Source: Thermoanaerobaculia bacterium (GTDB lineage: Bacteria; Acidobacteriota; Thermoanaerobaculia; Multivoradales; Multivoraceae). Taken from it: DNA of 64,000 nucleotides. The DNA is taken from assembly GCA_963664405.1 (NCBI GenBank), contig OY761158.1, forward strand, positions 4,640,001-4,704,000, given 5' to 3'. Of this stretch, positions 50,768 to 59,264 are shown piece by piece. The notes under the pieces were generated by a model. That model had not been told where the DNA came from, did not search any database, and saw only the letters and a program-made list of their open reading frames with translations. Position 1 is the stretch's first letter, and the number at the start of each line of letters is the position of its first letter. Both the position numbers and the translations under genes were made by a program.

Positions 50768-51739
50768 ATGATCTGCCGCAGCTGCTGGCTAATGATTGCG
50801 CTGGTCATGACGTTCTTCCTGCTGTGCGCTTCGCCGGGGCTAGCTCAGGGCGAGCGTCCAGCGGCGAGCGACTACCGCACCGCCTGGGGCGCTCCCGATC
50901 TTCAAGGGGTGTGGGACTTTCGCACCATCACTCCCCTCGAGCGCCCGCCCGAGCTTGCCGGCAAGGAGTTCTTGACTGCCAAGGAAGCGGCCGAGTTTGA
51001 AAAGGAGACGGTCGCCGTTCGTCACAAGGATGAGCGCGGCGGAGGCGCCGAAGCGGATGTCAGGCGCGCCTACAACCACTTCTGGTGGGACTACGGCACC
51101 AACGCGGTCGAGACCCGCCGCACTTCATTGATCGTCGATCCCCCCGACGGGCAGATCCCCGCTCTGACCGAAGCGGGAGAAGAGCGTTCCGCCGAGATGC
51201 GAGAGAGGCGTGTACGAGCTGACAATCCGGAAGAAATAGGGACTGCGGCGCGCTGCGTCGTCGGCTTCAATGCCGGGCCGCCGATGAACCCGGCCGCCTA
51301 CAACAACAATGTGCGCATTCTCCAAACCGAAGACCACGTCGTGATCCACAACGAAATGGTGCACGATGCCCGCGTCGTGCCCCTCGATGGCCGCCCCGTT
51401 CTACCGGAGGACTACCGGCAGTTGAGCGGCGAATCGCGGGGTCACTGGGAAGGAAATACTCTCGTCGTAGAGACAGGAGGCTTCACCGACAGGACTTCTT
51501 TTCGCGGCTCAGGTCCATCCATGCATCTGACCGAGCGCTTCACCCGCACCGCCGAAGATGGTCTGCTCTATGAATACACCATCGACGACTCGGAGTCGTT
51601 CACCCGCCCCTGGAGCGTCGAAGTGCCGATGCGCCGACAGACAGAGCCGATGTACGAGTATGCCTGCCACGAGAGCAACTACGGCATGCGCGGCATCCTC
51701 GCCGGAGCTCGCTTCCTCGAAAAGCAATCAGCCCCGTAG
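50768..51739 (+). CDS. Secreted hypothetical protein (paralogue of 19611-20735)
   Basis: RTAWGAPDLQGVW, TPLERP, YNNNVRILQT, GESRGHWEGNTLVVET, YEYACHESNY. Confidence 0.85.
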   Translation: MICRSCWLMIALVMTFFLLCASPGLAQGERPAASDYRTAWGAPDLQGVWDFRTITPLERPPELAGKEFLTAKEAAEFEKETVAVRHKDERGGGAEADVRRAYNHFWWDYGTNAVETRRTSLIVDPPDGQIPALTEAGEERSAEMRERRVRADNPEEIGTAARCVVGFNAGPPMNPAAYNNNVRILQTEDHVVIHNEMVHDARVVPLDGRPVLPEDYRQLSGESRGHWEGNTLVVETGGFTDRTSFRGSGPSMHLTERFTRTAEDGLLYEYTIDDSESFTRPWSVEVPMRRQTEPMYEYACHESNYGMRGILAGARFLEKQSAP

Positions 51740-51790
51740 ACCAGCCTTGCGAATCGTTCCCCGGTCGCCACGACCCTCCTGGGGCCGGCC

Positions 51791-52759
51791 CTACGACAAC
51801 GACTGCGAGCGCACCTGTACGAGGCCGCCCTCGATCGTGGGCGCGAAGTCCCTGGGCAGGTCCGCCTGCCTCACCGAAGACTCCTCGATCGCTGGGTAGT
51901 CTTCTCCGACCGGGCAGACCAGCTCGCAGCGAGCGCACCCGGTGTAGGCCCCTTGCCGCATCACGGTGAGGTGGTAGAAGAGCTGCTGCGTCTCTGTGCG
52001 CCGAAGCTTTCGCGCGGCCTCTTCGCCGGAGGCAGAGTCGAAAATGTGATCGAGGTGCTTCACCATCCGTTGGGGACCGTAGGGCTGACAGGTGCCGGTG
52101 CAGGCCTCGGTGTCGAGAGCGCGGATGTCTCGAAGGCTGGCCCCCTCTGGCGCTCGAGTGGGTATGGCCTGCGCAGGACATACTGCCGCACAGCGACCAC
52201 ATCCTTCGAGGCCCGGGCAGAGCTCGTCTTGCATCGCCTCGTCGGCTTCGAGCTCGAGGTCGGTGATGATGCCGGCGAGAAAGAGCCGCGGTCCATACTG
52301 AGGAGTGAGGAGCATCTGATTGAGGCCGAGGGTGCCGAGCCCGCTCTGAACGGCACCCTGTCTCAGCAGGAGCGAGCCTTGGCCCGCCGGAGTGGCGTAG
52401 CCCAGCGGCTGGCGTCGTAGATCGGGAAGCACGGCGGAGAGGAGGGCCGCCATGCAGTCGCGCTCTTCGAGCCAGTAGGCGAGGCTGGCTGTTGCCTCTT
52501 CCAGGTGACGTGCGGTGCGGCCCATGGCGTATTGCCGAAGAGCTTCATCCGGGGAACAGGCTACGCCGGTTGGGTAGCGCCGAACGAGAACCAGAAGCGT
52601 GCGGTGAAATCTCGAGAGCTGCGAAGGTTTGTCGTACTCCGGCGCCACCGTTTCCAGGGCGTGCCAGTCGCAGACGCCGACCAGATCGATACCCAGCGCC
52701 GCCGCCTGTTCGCGAACGGCTGCCTCGGTCGGCAACGGAAGCTCTTCTGCGGTGCTCAC
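51791..52759 (-). CDS. QueG/reductive dehalogenase-superfamily Fe-S protein, paralogue E
   Basis: GIDLVG, SGLGTLGLNQMLLTPQYGPRLFLAGIITDL, Cx5Cx2Cx3CP, C-x54-Cx2Cx3CP. Confidence 0.85.
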   Translation of the reverse strand: MSTAEELPLPTEAAVREQAAALGIDLVGVCDWHALETVAPEYDKPSQLSRFHRTLLVLVRRYPTGVACSPDEALRQYAMGRTARHLEEATASLAYWLEERDCMAALLSAVLPDLRRQPLGYATPAGQGSLLLRQGAVQSGLGTLGLNQMLLTPQYGPRLFLAGIITDLELEADEAMQDELCPGLEGCGRCAAVCPAQAIPTRAPEGASLRDIRALDTEACTGTCQPYGPQRMVKHLDHIFDSASGEEAARKLRRTETQQLFYHLTVMRQGAYTGCARCELVCPVGEDYPAIEESSVRQADLPRDFAPTIEGGLVQVRSQSLS

Positions 52760-53748
52760 GAGGCTCCAAGCTGGACCAGATGGTCGAAGTCACGGTCGCG
52801 AATGTACTCCGGATCGCGGTCGGGCGGGGGCCCGAGGAAGGCTACTTCGTGCTTCTCGGGTGTGCGGGTGTGCTTGACGCGCCCCGGTGGCAGGTCCATG
52901 CGCCGATAGGGCACGCGCATGATCTTGCGTATGTCTTTCTTTCCCACCGGGCAGACATACATGCACTCGAAGCACGCCGCGAAAGCGCCGCGTTTCGAAT
53001 TGGTAGCGATGTAGAAATCGCTCCAGAATCGATTCTCGAGCACTTCGGAGGTGTCGAGGGGTCGCTCGGACTCCAGCAGCTTGCGCAGCACGGTGTAGAG
53101 AGAGCGAATGCTGATCCGCATTGCCGCCTGGGAGCAGGCTCGCTGATCGAGGTCGCGATAGTCGTTGACGTGCTCCCCGCGCGCCGCTTCTCGGGGAATC
53201 GCGTCCGGCGGGCAGAGGACCGCGCAGCGGCCACACTCGAGCCCCGGACACAGAGGATCCTCCAGCGGCGAGTCCGGCTCGATCTCGAGGTCGGTCAACA
53301 GAGCTCCCAGGTAGACCCGGGATCCATGGTCGGGGGTGAGGAAGTTGAGGTTGAGGCCGACGTGGCCGAGACCGGCGAACTCGGCGGTCCACTTGAGATC
53401 GAGGAGTCCGGCTCCGGTCCACTTCAAATCCATATCCGCGTACTCTGGCGACACCGGCAACGCTGCATGACCGCGCTCTTCGAGCCACTCGGCGATGTCG
53501 AAGGCGACGTCGTCCGCCATGTCGAGGGCGAGATGAGAGTTGGTGGATTGCGTCGATACGTCTTCCACCCCCAAAGCACCGGTGAGCAGATGCTTGGTGA
53601 CCACGATGATGCTCTTCATTCCCGCCACCAGGAAGTCAGGCTTCTGTTCGTTCGGGACCCGCTCGGAATAGGCCTCGACGCTCGCGACACCCACCGAATC
53701 CGCTCCCTGCGCCAAGCCGAAACGGACCATCTCTTGCTTGAGGCTCAT
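52756..53748 (-). CDS. QueG/reductive dehalogenase-superfamily Fe-S protein, paralogue D
   Basis: GADSVGVA, KWTAEFAGLGHVGLNLNFLTPDHGSRVYLGALLTDL, Cx4Cx2Cx3CP, C-x53-Cx2Cx3CP. Confidence 0.87.
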   Translation of the reverse strand: MSLKQEMVRFGLAQGADSVGVASVEAYSERVPNEQKPDFLVAGMKSIIVVTKHLLTGALGVEDVSTQSTNSHLALDMADDVAFDIAEWLEERGHAALPVSPEYADMDLKWTGAGLLDLKWTAEFAGLGHVGLNLNFLTPDHGSRVYLGALLTDLEIEPDSPLEDPLCPGLECGRCAVLCPPDAIPREAARGEHVNDYRDLDQRACSQAAMRISIRSLYTVLRKLLESERPLDTSEVLENRFWSDFYIATNSKRGAFAACFECMYVCPVGKKDIRKIMRVPYRRMDLPPGRVKHTRTPEKHEVAFLGPPPDRDPEYIRDRDFDHLVQLGAS

Positions 53749-54737
53749 TTTCGCGCCTCACGATCCCAGGTCGTGTTGCGGCGTACCTGGGGGCCCAAGC
53801 TCTCGACTTCGACCCAGCCGTCGGCGATCTTGCGCGGCAACGTCTCCGGCAGGTCGGAGCGGCGGTGGTGGGTGTCGCGGAGTGCTTCCCAATCTTCTCC
53901 GACCGGACAAACCTGGACGCACTCGCTGCACCCGGTGAAGGCCGCCTCCTTCATCATCGCCATCTCCGTCCATATTTCGCCGCTCTTGCGACTGCGCATG
54001 CGGCCCCACATCTCCTTTCCTTCGGTCGACTCGAAGATGTGTACCAGGTGATCCTCGAAGTTTTGGAAGCCGAAGGGCTGGCAGGATCGCGCGCAGGCGG
54101 CGCTGTCGAGACCGCGAACGGACTCAGTCGGCGCCCCAGCCATGGCGCGGCGGGGAATGGCGTCTTCAGGACAGATCGCTGCGCAGCGGCCGCACTCCTC
54201 GAGCCCGAGGCAGATCTCCTGATCCAGAACGGGGTCGGGCTCGACCTCGAGCGTCGTCAATACTCCGGAGAGGTGAACCCGAGGCCCGAAGCTCGGGGTC
54301 AGCACCATGAGATTGAGTCCCCAGGTGCCGAGCCCGGCGGCAACGGCGGCGTGGCGTAGCAGGGTCGAGCCCTGGCCGGCGGGGGTCAGATCGAGTGGCC
54401 CTCGGCGGGCAAAGTCGAGAGCGGTGCTCGGGGTCGGGAGAGCGAGATATTGCCTCTCCTCGAGCCATCGCGCCACCGACTCCGCGGCGTGATCCAGAAT
54501 TCGTAGATTGCGCCCACCGGCCAGCTGCTTCGAAGGCAGGTGGCGGGCCATCGTCACCCCGCGGAGGGTCTTCTTGGCGAAGACGATGAAGGTTTTCGCG
54601 TCGGCAGCAAGGGTGGAGGGGCGGTGATCCTCGGCGACGGTCTCCTCGAGGCCCGCGACCGCGGCGAAGCGCGCGAGGTCGACTCCCTGTGCGAGCACCA
54701 GCTCTCTGAGCTCTTCTTTAGCGATCGGTGGTGGCAC
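53745..54737 (-). CDS. QueG/reductive dehalogenase-superfamily Fe-S protein, paralogue C
   Basis: RHAAVAAGLGTWGLNLMVLTPSFGPRVHLSGVLTTL, Cx5Cx2Cx3CP, C-x54-Cx2Cx3CP. Confidence 0.87.
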   Translation of the reverse strand: MPPPIAKEELRELVLAQGVDLARFAAVAGLEETVAEDHRPSTLAADAKTFIVFAKKTLRGVTMARHLPSKQLAGGRNLRILDHAAESVARWLEERQYLALPTPSTALDFARRGPLDLTPAGQGSTLLRHAAVAAGLGTWGLNLMVLTPSFGPRVHLSGVLTTLEVEPDPVLDQEICLGLEECGRCAAICPEDAIPRRAMAGAPTESVRGLDSAACARSCQPFGFQNFEDHLVHIFESTEGKEMWGRMRSRKSGEIWTEMAMMKEAAFTGCSECVQVCPVGEDWEALRDTHHRRSDLPETLPRKIADGWVEVESLGPQVRRNTTWDREARK

Positions 54738-54739
54738 GG

Positions 54740-55057
54740 CTACTTGAGCTCGTCGCGGTATTTGAAGACGTAGGAGATACCGTGGCGGGCGAAGGCGCGG
54801 CAGGCCTTGTCCTTGAACTCGATAGCCTTCTCCCACTCTTCCAAGTCGTAAGTGTCGCGCTCTGCGACCACTCGGATCTCCCGCACCGTTCGCTCGTCGA
54901 GTCCGAGCTTCTCGGCGATCTCGCGGTCCGAATGGCCTCGTCTGCGTTTTTCCGGGGGCAGGTGCTCCTGGAAATTCACCTGGACCGAGTCCGACAGCGC
55001 GATGACCTCGTCCTTGTACTTCTTGTAAATCTCTGGTTCGACGAAAAAAAAGCTCAC
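54740..55057 (-). CDS. Small protein with a central HTH-like motif
   Basis: GHSDREIAEKLGLDERTVREIR; fills the gap in the operon with 10-bp and 2-bp spacers. Confidence 0.8.
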   Translation of the reverse strand: MSFFFVEPEIYKKYKDEVIALSDSVQVNFQEHLPPEKRRRGHSDREIAEKLGLDERTVREIRVVAERDTYDLEEWEKAIEFKDKACRAFARHGISYVFKYRDELK

Positions 55058-55067
55058 GATTTTCGTC

Positions 55068-55934
55068 CTATCTCAAAGTTCGTTCTTCAGCGCCGACGGG
55101 GCACACCCGCATGCACTCGTAGCACTGAGCCTGACTCTGTGACGCATAGGTCATGGACCAAAGGGTGCGGGTGAAGAAGCTCGAATAGAGGATCATCTTC
55201 CGCTTCTCGGGGTCCTCCTCGTCGAGGGCGGCTTCGAGACCCTTCTGGAAGCCGGGCACCCAGTGAGTGTGGACACGGGTAGCGCAGCGGGCGGTATTGT
55301 AGCGGCGGTTGGCGAAACGGCCCTCGACGATGTCGCCGCCGAGGCAGCCGCCGTCGTCGATGGGACAGACCTTCATGCACGGCGTCGTGCCTTCGGCCTC
55401 CCACATGTCGAGGCATGCCGGGGCCGGGCAAGCCGGCTCGGCGCGGCCGTCGATCGGCAGAGGGCAGGTAGTGACGATGGCGGAGTAGTAGAGCATGCCG
55501 TGCTTTGGGTGGAGGAGGGGGCCGGCGAGACTCGGAGAGGCGCAGCCCGCCAGCTCGGCGGCTAGAGCGACACTGAGAAATGGCTGGTTCCCCTTGTTGA
55601 CGCCGGGAGGGACGAAGAGGGCGTAGTAGCCGAAGCTCGCCTCGATGAATTTCGCGGCCTTCAACCCCAGTGAGTTGATCCGGTCGCTGGTCCCCATCGT
55701 TTCCTGATGTTCGTGCTTCGGGCTCACCCAGTCTCCGGCTCGCGGTGGGCTACCACCGACCACGAAGACGCGCTTGGCTCCCGGCAGCAGGTCCTGTGGG
55801 CGAAAGCCCTCGGGGGCGGCGGCGAAGTCGTCGACGTCGGCAACGCCGCTGACCAGGGCGCCTCCGCGCGCGGAGAACTCGGTGAGCTGTTGCTTGGCCA
55901 GCTCGAAGTCCAGCTCTGCCTCGGGCTCGCTCAT
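55068..55934 (-). CDS. QueG/reductive dehalogenase-superfamily Fe-S protein, paralogue B
   Basis: RPQDLLPGAKRV, AAELAG..LHPKHG..SAIVTT, Cx4Cx11Cx3CP, C-x53-Cx2Cx3CP. Confidence 0.8.
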   Translation of the reverse strand: MSEPEAELDFELAKQQLTEFSARGGALVSGVADVDDFAAAPEGFRPQDLLPGAKRVFVVGGSPPRAGDWVSPKHEHQETMGTSDRINSLGLKAAKFIEASFGYYALFVPPGVNKGNQPFLSVALAAELAGCASPSLAGPLLHPKHGMLYYSAIVTTCPLPIDGRAEPACPAPACLDMWEAEGTTPCMKVCPIDDGGCLGGDIVEGRFANRRYNTARCATRVHTHWVPGFQKGLEAALDEEDPEKRKMILYSSFFTRTLWSMTYASQSQAQCYECMRVCPVGAEERTLR

Positions 55935-56824
55935 TTCAGTCTCTTGTGGTTCTGGCCTACCGGACATACCCGCATGCACTCGAAGCACTGTGCGACGCTC
56001 TCCTTGTAGAAGCTGAGCGACGAGAGCGACTGAGAGAAGAAGTCGGAATAGATCATCGATTTGCGGCGGTCCTGGTCTTCTTCGGCGACGATGTCGACGA
56101 GACTCTTCTGCACGCTTCCGACTCCGAAATTCATCGATCTCGAGTGACAGCGCTCGCGGTTGTAGGACGAGTAAGAGATGCGCCCGTCCTCGTCGATCTC
56201 GCCTTCGAGGCACCCGCCCTCATCTTTGGGGCAGGAGGCCAGACAGGGCGTTGTGCCGAGCTTTTCGTACATTTGTACGCAACTGGGAGACGGGCATGCG
56301 TCCTTCTGTAGCACGTGGTTGGGCTCGAGCGGCAAGGTCGTGACCAGGGCGGCGTAGTAGAGGAGACCGTATTCCGGGTGGAGAATGATATTCGCCGCCA
56401 GCGAGCGGGTTCCAAGTCCCGCCAGCACCGCCGCCAGCATCATGCTCATCGGCGGATGATGTCCTGCGGTTGGCAGAGAGGGCGCCTGCAGCGCGTTGTA
56501 GCCGTACTCCCTCTCGATGAAGTCGCACATCACATGCACTGCGACGTTCTCTCGGAAGTCGTAGCCGGTGATCTCCATCACCCGATGGTCCGGAGAGCGC
56601 CAGGCCGCGGCGGTCGGGCCCTGGTTGCCGGCGACCACCACGCTCTGGGCTCCCGGCAGGATGTCTTCGGGTCGATGGCCTTCGGGGACATACTCGTTGA
56701 AGGCGTTGGCGGCAGCGACTCCGACGATTAGCGCCCCAGCCTTCTTGCCCGCTTCACAAACGGGTGCGGACGGTAGCAGGCCTTCTCGGCCGGTGTCTTC
56801 GCTGGCTGAGGCTTCTATTTCCAT
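55931..56824 (-). CDS. QueG/reductive dehalogenase-superfamily Fe-S protein, paralogue A
   Basis: GALIVGVA, RPEDILPGAQSVVV, AAVLAGLGT..NIILHPEYG..AALVTTLPLEP, Cx4Cx11Cx3CP, C-x53-Cx2Cx3CP. Confidence 0.83.
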   Translation of the reverse strand: MEIEASASEDTGREGLLPSAPVCEAGKKAGALIVGVAAANAFNEYVPEGHRPEDILPGAQSVVVAGNQGPTAAAWRSPDHRVMEITGYDFRENVAVHVMCDFIEREYGYNALQAPSLPTAGHHPPMSMMLAAVLAGLGTRSLAANIILHPEYGLLYYAALVTTLPLEPNHVLQKDACPSPSCVQMYEKLGTTPCLASCPKDEGGCLEGEIDEDGRISYSSYNRERCHSRSMNFGVGSVQKSLVDIVAEEDQDRRKSMIYSDFFSQSLSSLSFYKESVAQCFECMRVCPVGQNHKRLK

Positions 56825-56861
56825 CGGCGCACGGGAAGGATAACGCAAGATCGGAGCAAGG

Positions 56862-56881
56862 AATAGACCGACCTGTCTATT
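56862..56881. promoter_or_regulatory. Putative TetR operator 1
   Basis: AATAGAC-CGACCT-GTCTATT inverted repeat. Confidence 0.72.
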
Positions 56882-56906
56882 GGCCAGGTTCCCGGCCCCT
56901 TGAGCC

Positions 56907-56922
56907 AAGACCGATCGGTCTT
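56907..56922. promoter_or_regulatory. Putative TetR operator 2
   Basis: Perfect palindrome AAGACCGATCGGTCTT, just before a TACAAT -10-like hexamer (56924-56929, plus strand). Confidence 0.75.
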
Positions 56923-57059
56923 ATACAATGACGCGGAGTTGGCTCGAACCGGGTGGGGCAGCTTTCCGGACGCGCCAGATCGTACAAGGGTCCTTCCAGT
57001 GGGTTTGCTCCTTCGAAGGATTCCTATCAAATCAATCAGTGATCGAGGAAGAGTAGAAC

Positions 57060-57635
57060 GTGCAGGAAAGAAGCGCAGCACTCCGTGAGCACATCCTCGA
57101 TGTCGCGTCGGACCTCTTCTATCAGCATGGGGTTCGCAACGTCGGCATCGATCGAATCATCACCGAATCGGGCATCGCCAGGATGACCCTCTATAACCAC
57201 TTCAAGTCGAAGGACCTGCTGATTCAGGAGTATCTCCTGCGCTCCTCGCGCCAATGGGTCGCTTGGTATTCCGCCAAGATCCAGGAAGCTTCCCAAGACC
57301 CTGGCGAGAGGATTCTCGCGGCTTTCGATGTTCTCGACGGGTGGTTTCGGTCCAGCAAATTTCGGGGTTGCTCGGTCGCGAACGCCTCGGTCGAGCTGGC
57401 CGATGAGTGCCATCCGGTTGCCGAGGTCAAGAAGGAGTATCACGCCAACCTTCGGGGGCTGTTTCGCGGCCTCGTCGAAGAGGCTGGCGCTGGGGATCCG
57501 GAAGAGATAGCCGAGGAGCTCTTTGTGCTACTGCGCGGAGCCATGCTTTCGGCGCATCTCGACGGTCCTGAGGGCGTGGCGGCACGAAGTCGCCGTTCGG
57601 CGGAGCGTCTGCTTTCGGCCCACATTCCCAACTGA
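57060..57635 (+). CDS. TetR/AcrR-family regulator (NemR/YxaF-like)
   Basis: ILDVASDLFYQHG..GIDRII..GIARMTLYNHFKSKDLL, FRGCSVANASVE. Confidence 0.93.
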   Translation: MQERSAALREHILDVASDLFYQHGVRNVGIDRIITESGIARMTLYNHFKSKDLLIQEYLLRSSRQWVAWYSAKIQEASQDPGERILAAFDVLDGWFRSSKFRGCSVANASVELADECHPVAEVKKEYHANLRGLFRGLVEEAGAGDPEEIAEELFVLLRGAMLSAHLDGPEGVAARSRRSAERLLSAHIPN

Positions 57636-57668
57636 TCCGCCGCGGGCGCTGATGCCCCGAGACACTCG

Positions 57669-59264
57669 ATGAGACGGAGAGACTTCCTCACCGGGTCTGC
57701 CGGGGTTGCGGCCAGCTTGATGATGGAGGGTTTGTCGCAGCCGGCTGAAGGCCAGGTTGGGGACTGGGATGCTGGTGAAGTGGCCCACATCCTTCCAAGT
57801 GTCAGCCACGATCGCTTCTTGATCAAAGTCTCCTTTCGTACACCGGCTTCCGGCATTCCTTTGCTTCGCCTCGGCAGGCGTCTTGTGCCTGGCAAGCTGA
57901 GCGACCGAGTGGGTCGATTTTGGGCCTTCTATGTAGCGGGCTTGGAGCCGATGACGAGTTACAGGCTCGAGCTCCTCAGCGACGAGGAGCGGCCGCTGTG
58001 CCAGCCCTGGTTCCTCGGCACCTTTCCTCCTCCCGATTCTCTGCCGGATCGCTTCAGGCTGTTGATTTTTACCTGTGCCGGTGGGCACGAGGATGCGCGG
58101 CTCGCGGACGGCACACAGGTCTTTCTATCTTTGGACGATCGGCGACGTTTGCTGCGACGTGCCCTCTCCTTTCAGCCGCAGGCTGCCATGGCTGTCGGCG
58201 ATCACGTCTACTGGGACATGCGCGCGGGCCGCTCTGCGAGCATGGTTCGCGAGAGCGAGCTGGCGAAAGAGCTCGATGCTTCGGCATTCCGCCGCGAGCT
58301 CCCGGTGCTCGGAAGCGAGAACGAGGGCCGTCTGGTTGGTGTGGTCGATCCCCAGATCGCGGATCTTTACGGCAGCATGCTACGCAGCGTGCCTTCGTAT
58401 TTCGTTCTCGACGATCACGACTATTTCGAAAACGACCACGCCGACGACGAGATCGTCACCTTCCCGCCGGATCCCTTTATGCTGCAGTTGGCACAGGCGA
58501 CCCAGCGTCTCTACTACCCCGAGCTGCTGCCCGATTCGCGGCGGCCACTCAATCTTGGGGGAGGGCGTGCATTCGACAGCATGCCGGGTCTGTCAGAGTC
58601 TTTTGGCACGCTGCGCTTCGGGCGCCTGGTCGAAGGCTTGATCTACGACTGCCGCCGCTTCCTCTCTCTCAAGGGGCCAAGCGCTGGATTCGTTCCGGAG
58701 GCCACCGAATCTTGGCTACTTTCTCGTATGGCGGCGGCGGAATCACGCCACGTGGTGAACATCCCTTCTACTCCGGTGGGGTGGAGCGCCGGAAAGTGGG
58801 CCGAGTGGTATCCCGACCTGCTCCAGCCCGATGGCCGTCTCGGGACCTCGGTCCGGAAGCCTTATTGGCAAGAGGGGTGGCTGGCGCAGCACGATCGGCT
58901 CCTGCGTGGGGCGGCGGCGATGGCCGACACACCACTCTTTGTCAGCGGTGACCTTCACGCTCTCGGCGTAGGACGGATTCTGGGCTCCGCCACCCTCGAT
59001 CTCTCCCACAATCCGGTCGTCTCCGTACTCTCGGGCCCCCTGGGTACCGGACCTCCCGGCTGGCCCTCGGCCTCCCGTGGCACCGGCCCTCAGGTGCCGA
59101 CCGGGCTCGACCTGGAGGAGGATCTTGCTCCGGTTGAAAAAAACGGATTCACCCTGCTCGACTTCGGGCTCGAAAGTGTGACGATTCGCATGTTCCAGTG
59201 GAAGCTGGGTGAAGACCCGTCGCTGATCGACGATCTGGAGCCGTTTCTGACCTTGGAGGTTTGA
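57669..59264 (+). CDS. Tat-exported PhoD-like metallophosphoesterase
   Basis: MRRRDFL Tat motif; GDHVYWD, DDHDYFEND, YDCRR, SGDLH. Confidence 0.75.
   Translation: MRRRDFLTGSAGVAASLMMEGLSQPAEGQVGDWDAGEVAHILPSVSHDRFLIKVSFRTPASGIPLLRLGRRLVPGKLSDRVGRFWAFYVAGLEPMTSYRLELLSDEERPLCQPWFLGTFPPPDSLPDRFRLLIFTCAGGHEDARLADGTQVFLSLDDRRRLLRRALSFQPQAAMAVGDHVYWDMRAGRSASMVRESELAKELDASAFRRELPVLGSENEGRLVGVVDPQIADLYGSMLRSVPSYFVLDDHDYFENDHADDEIVTFPPDPFMLQLAQATQRLYYPELLPDSRRPLNLGGGRAFDSMPGLSESFGTLRFGRLVEGLIYDCRRFLSLKGPSAGFVPEATESWLLSRMAAAESRHVVNIPSTPVGWSAGKWAEWYPDLLQPDGRLGTSVRKPYWQEGWLAQHDRLLRGAAAMADTPLFVSGDLHALGVGRILGSATLDLSHNPVVSVLSGPLGTGPPGWPSASRGTGPQVPTGLDLEEDLAPVEKNGFTLLDFGLESVTIRMFQWKLGEDPSLIDDLEPFLTLEV

Noticed and set aside
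51791-56824. Calling the cluster queG or respiratory rdhA
   Set aside because: There are five copies with altered Cys spacing, no Tat leader, no rdhB and no queuosine genes nearby. Only superfamily membership is supportable.
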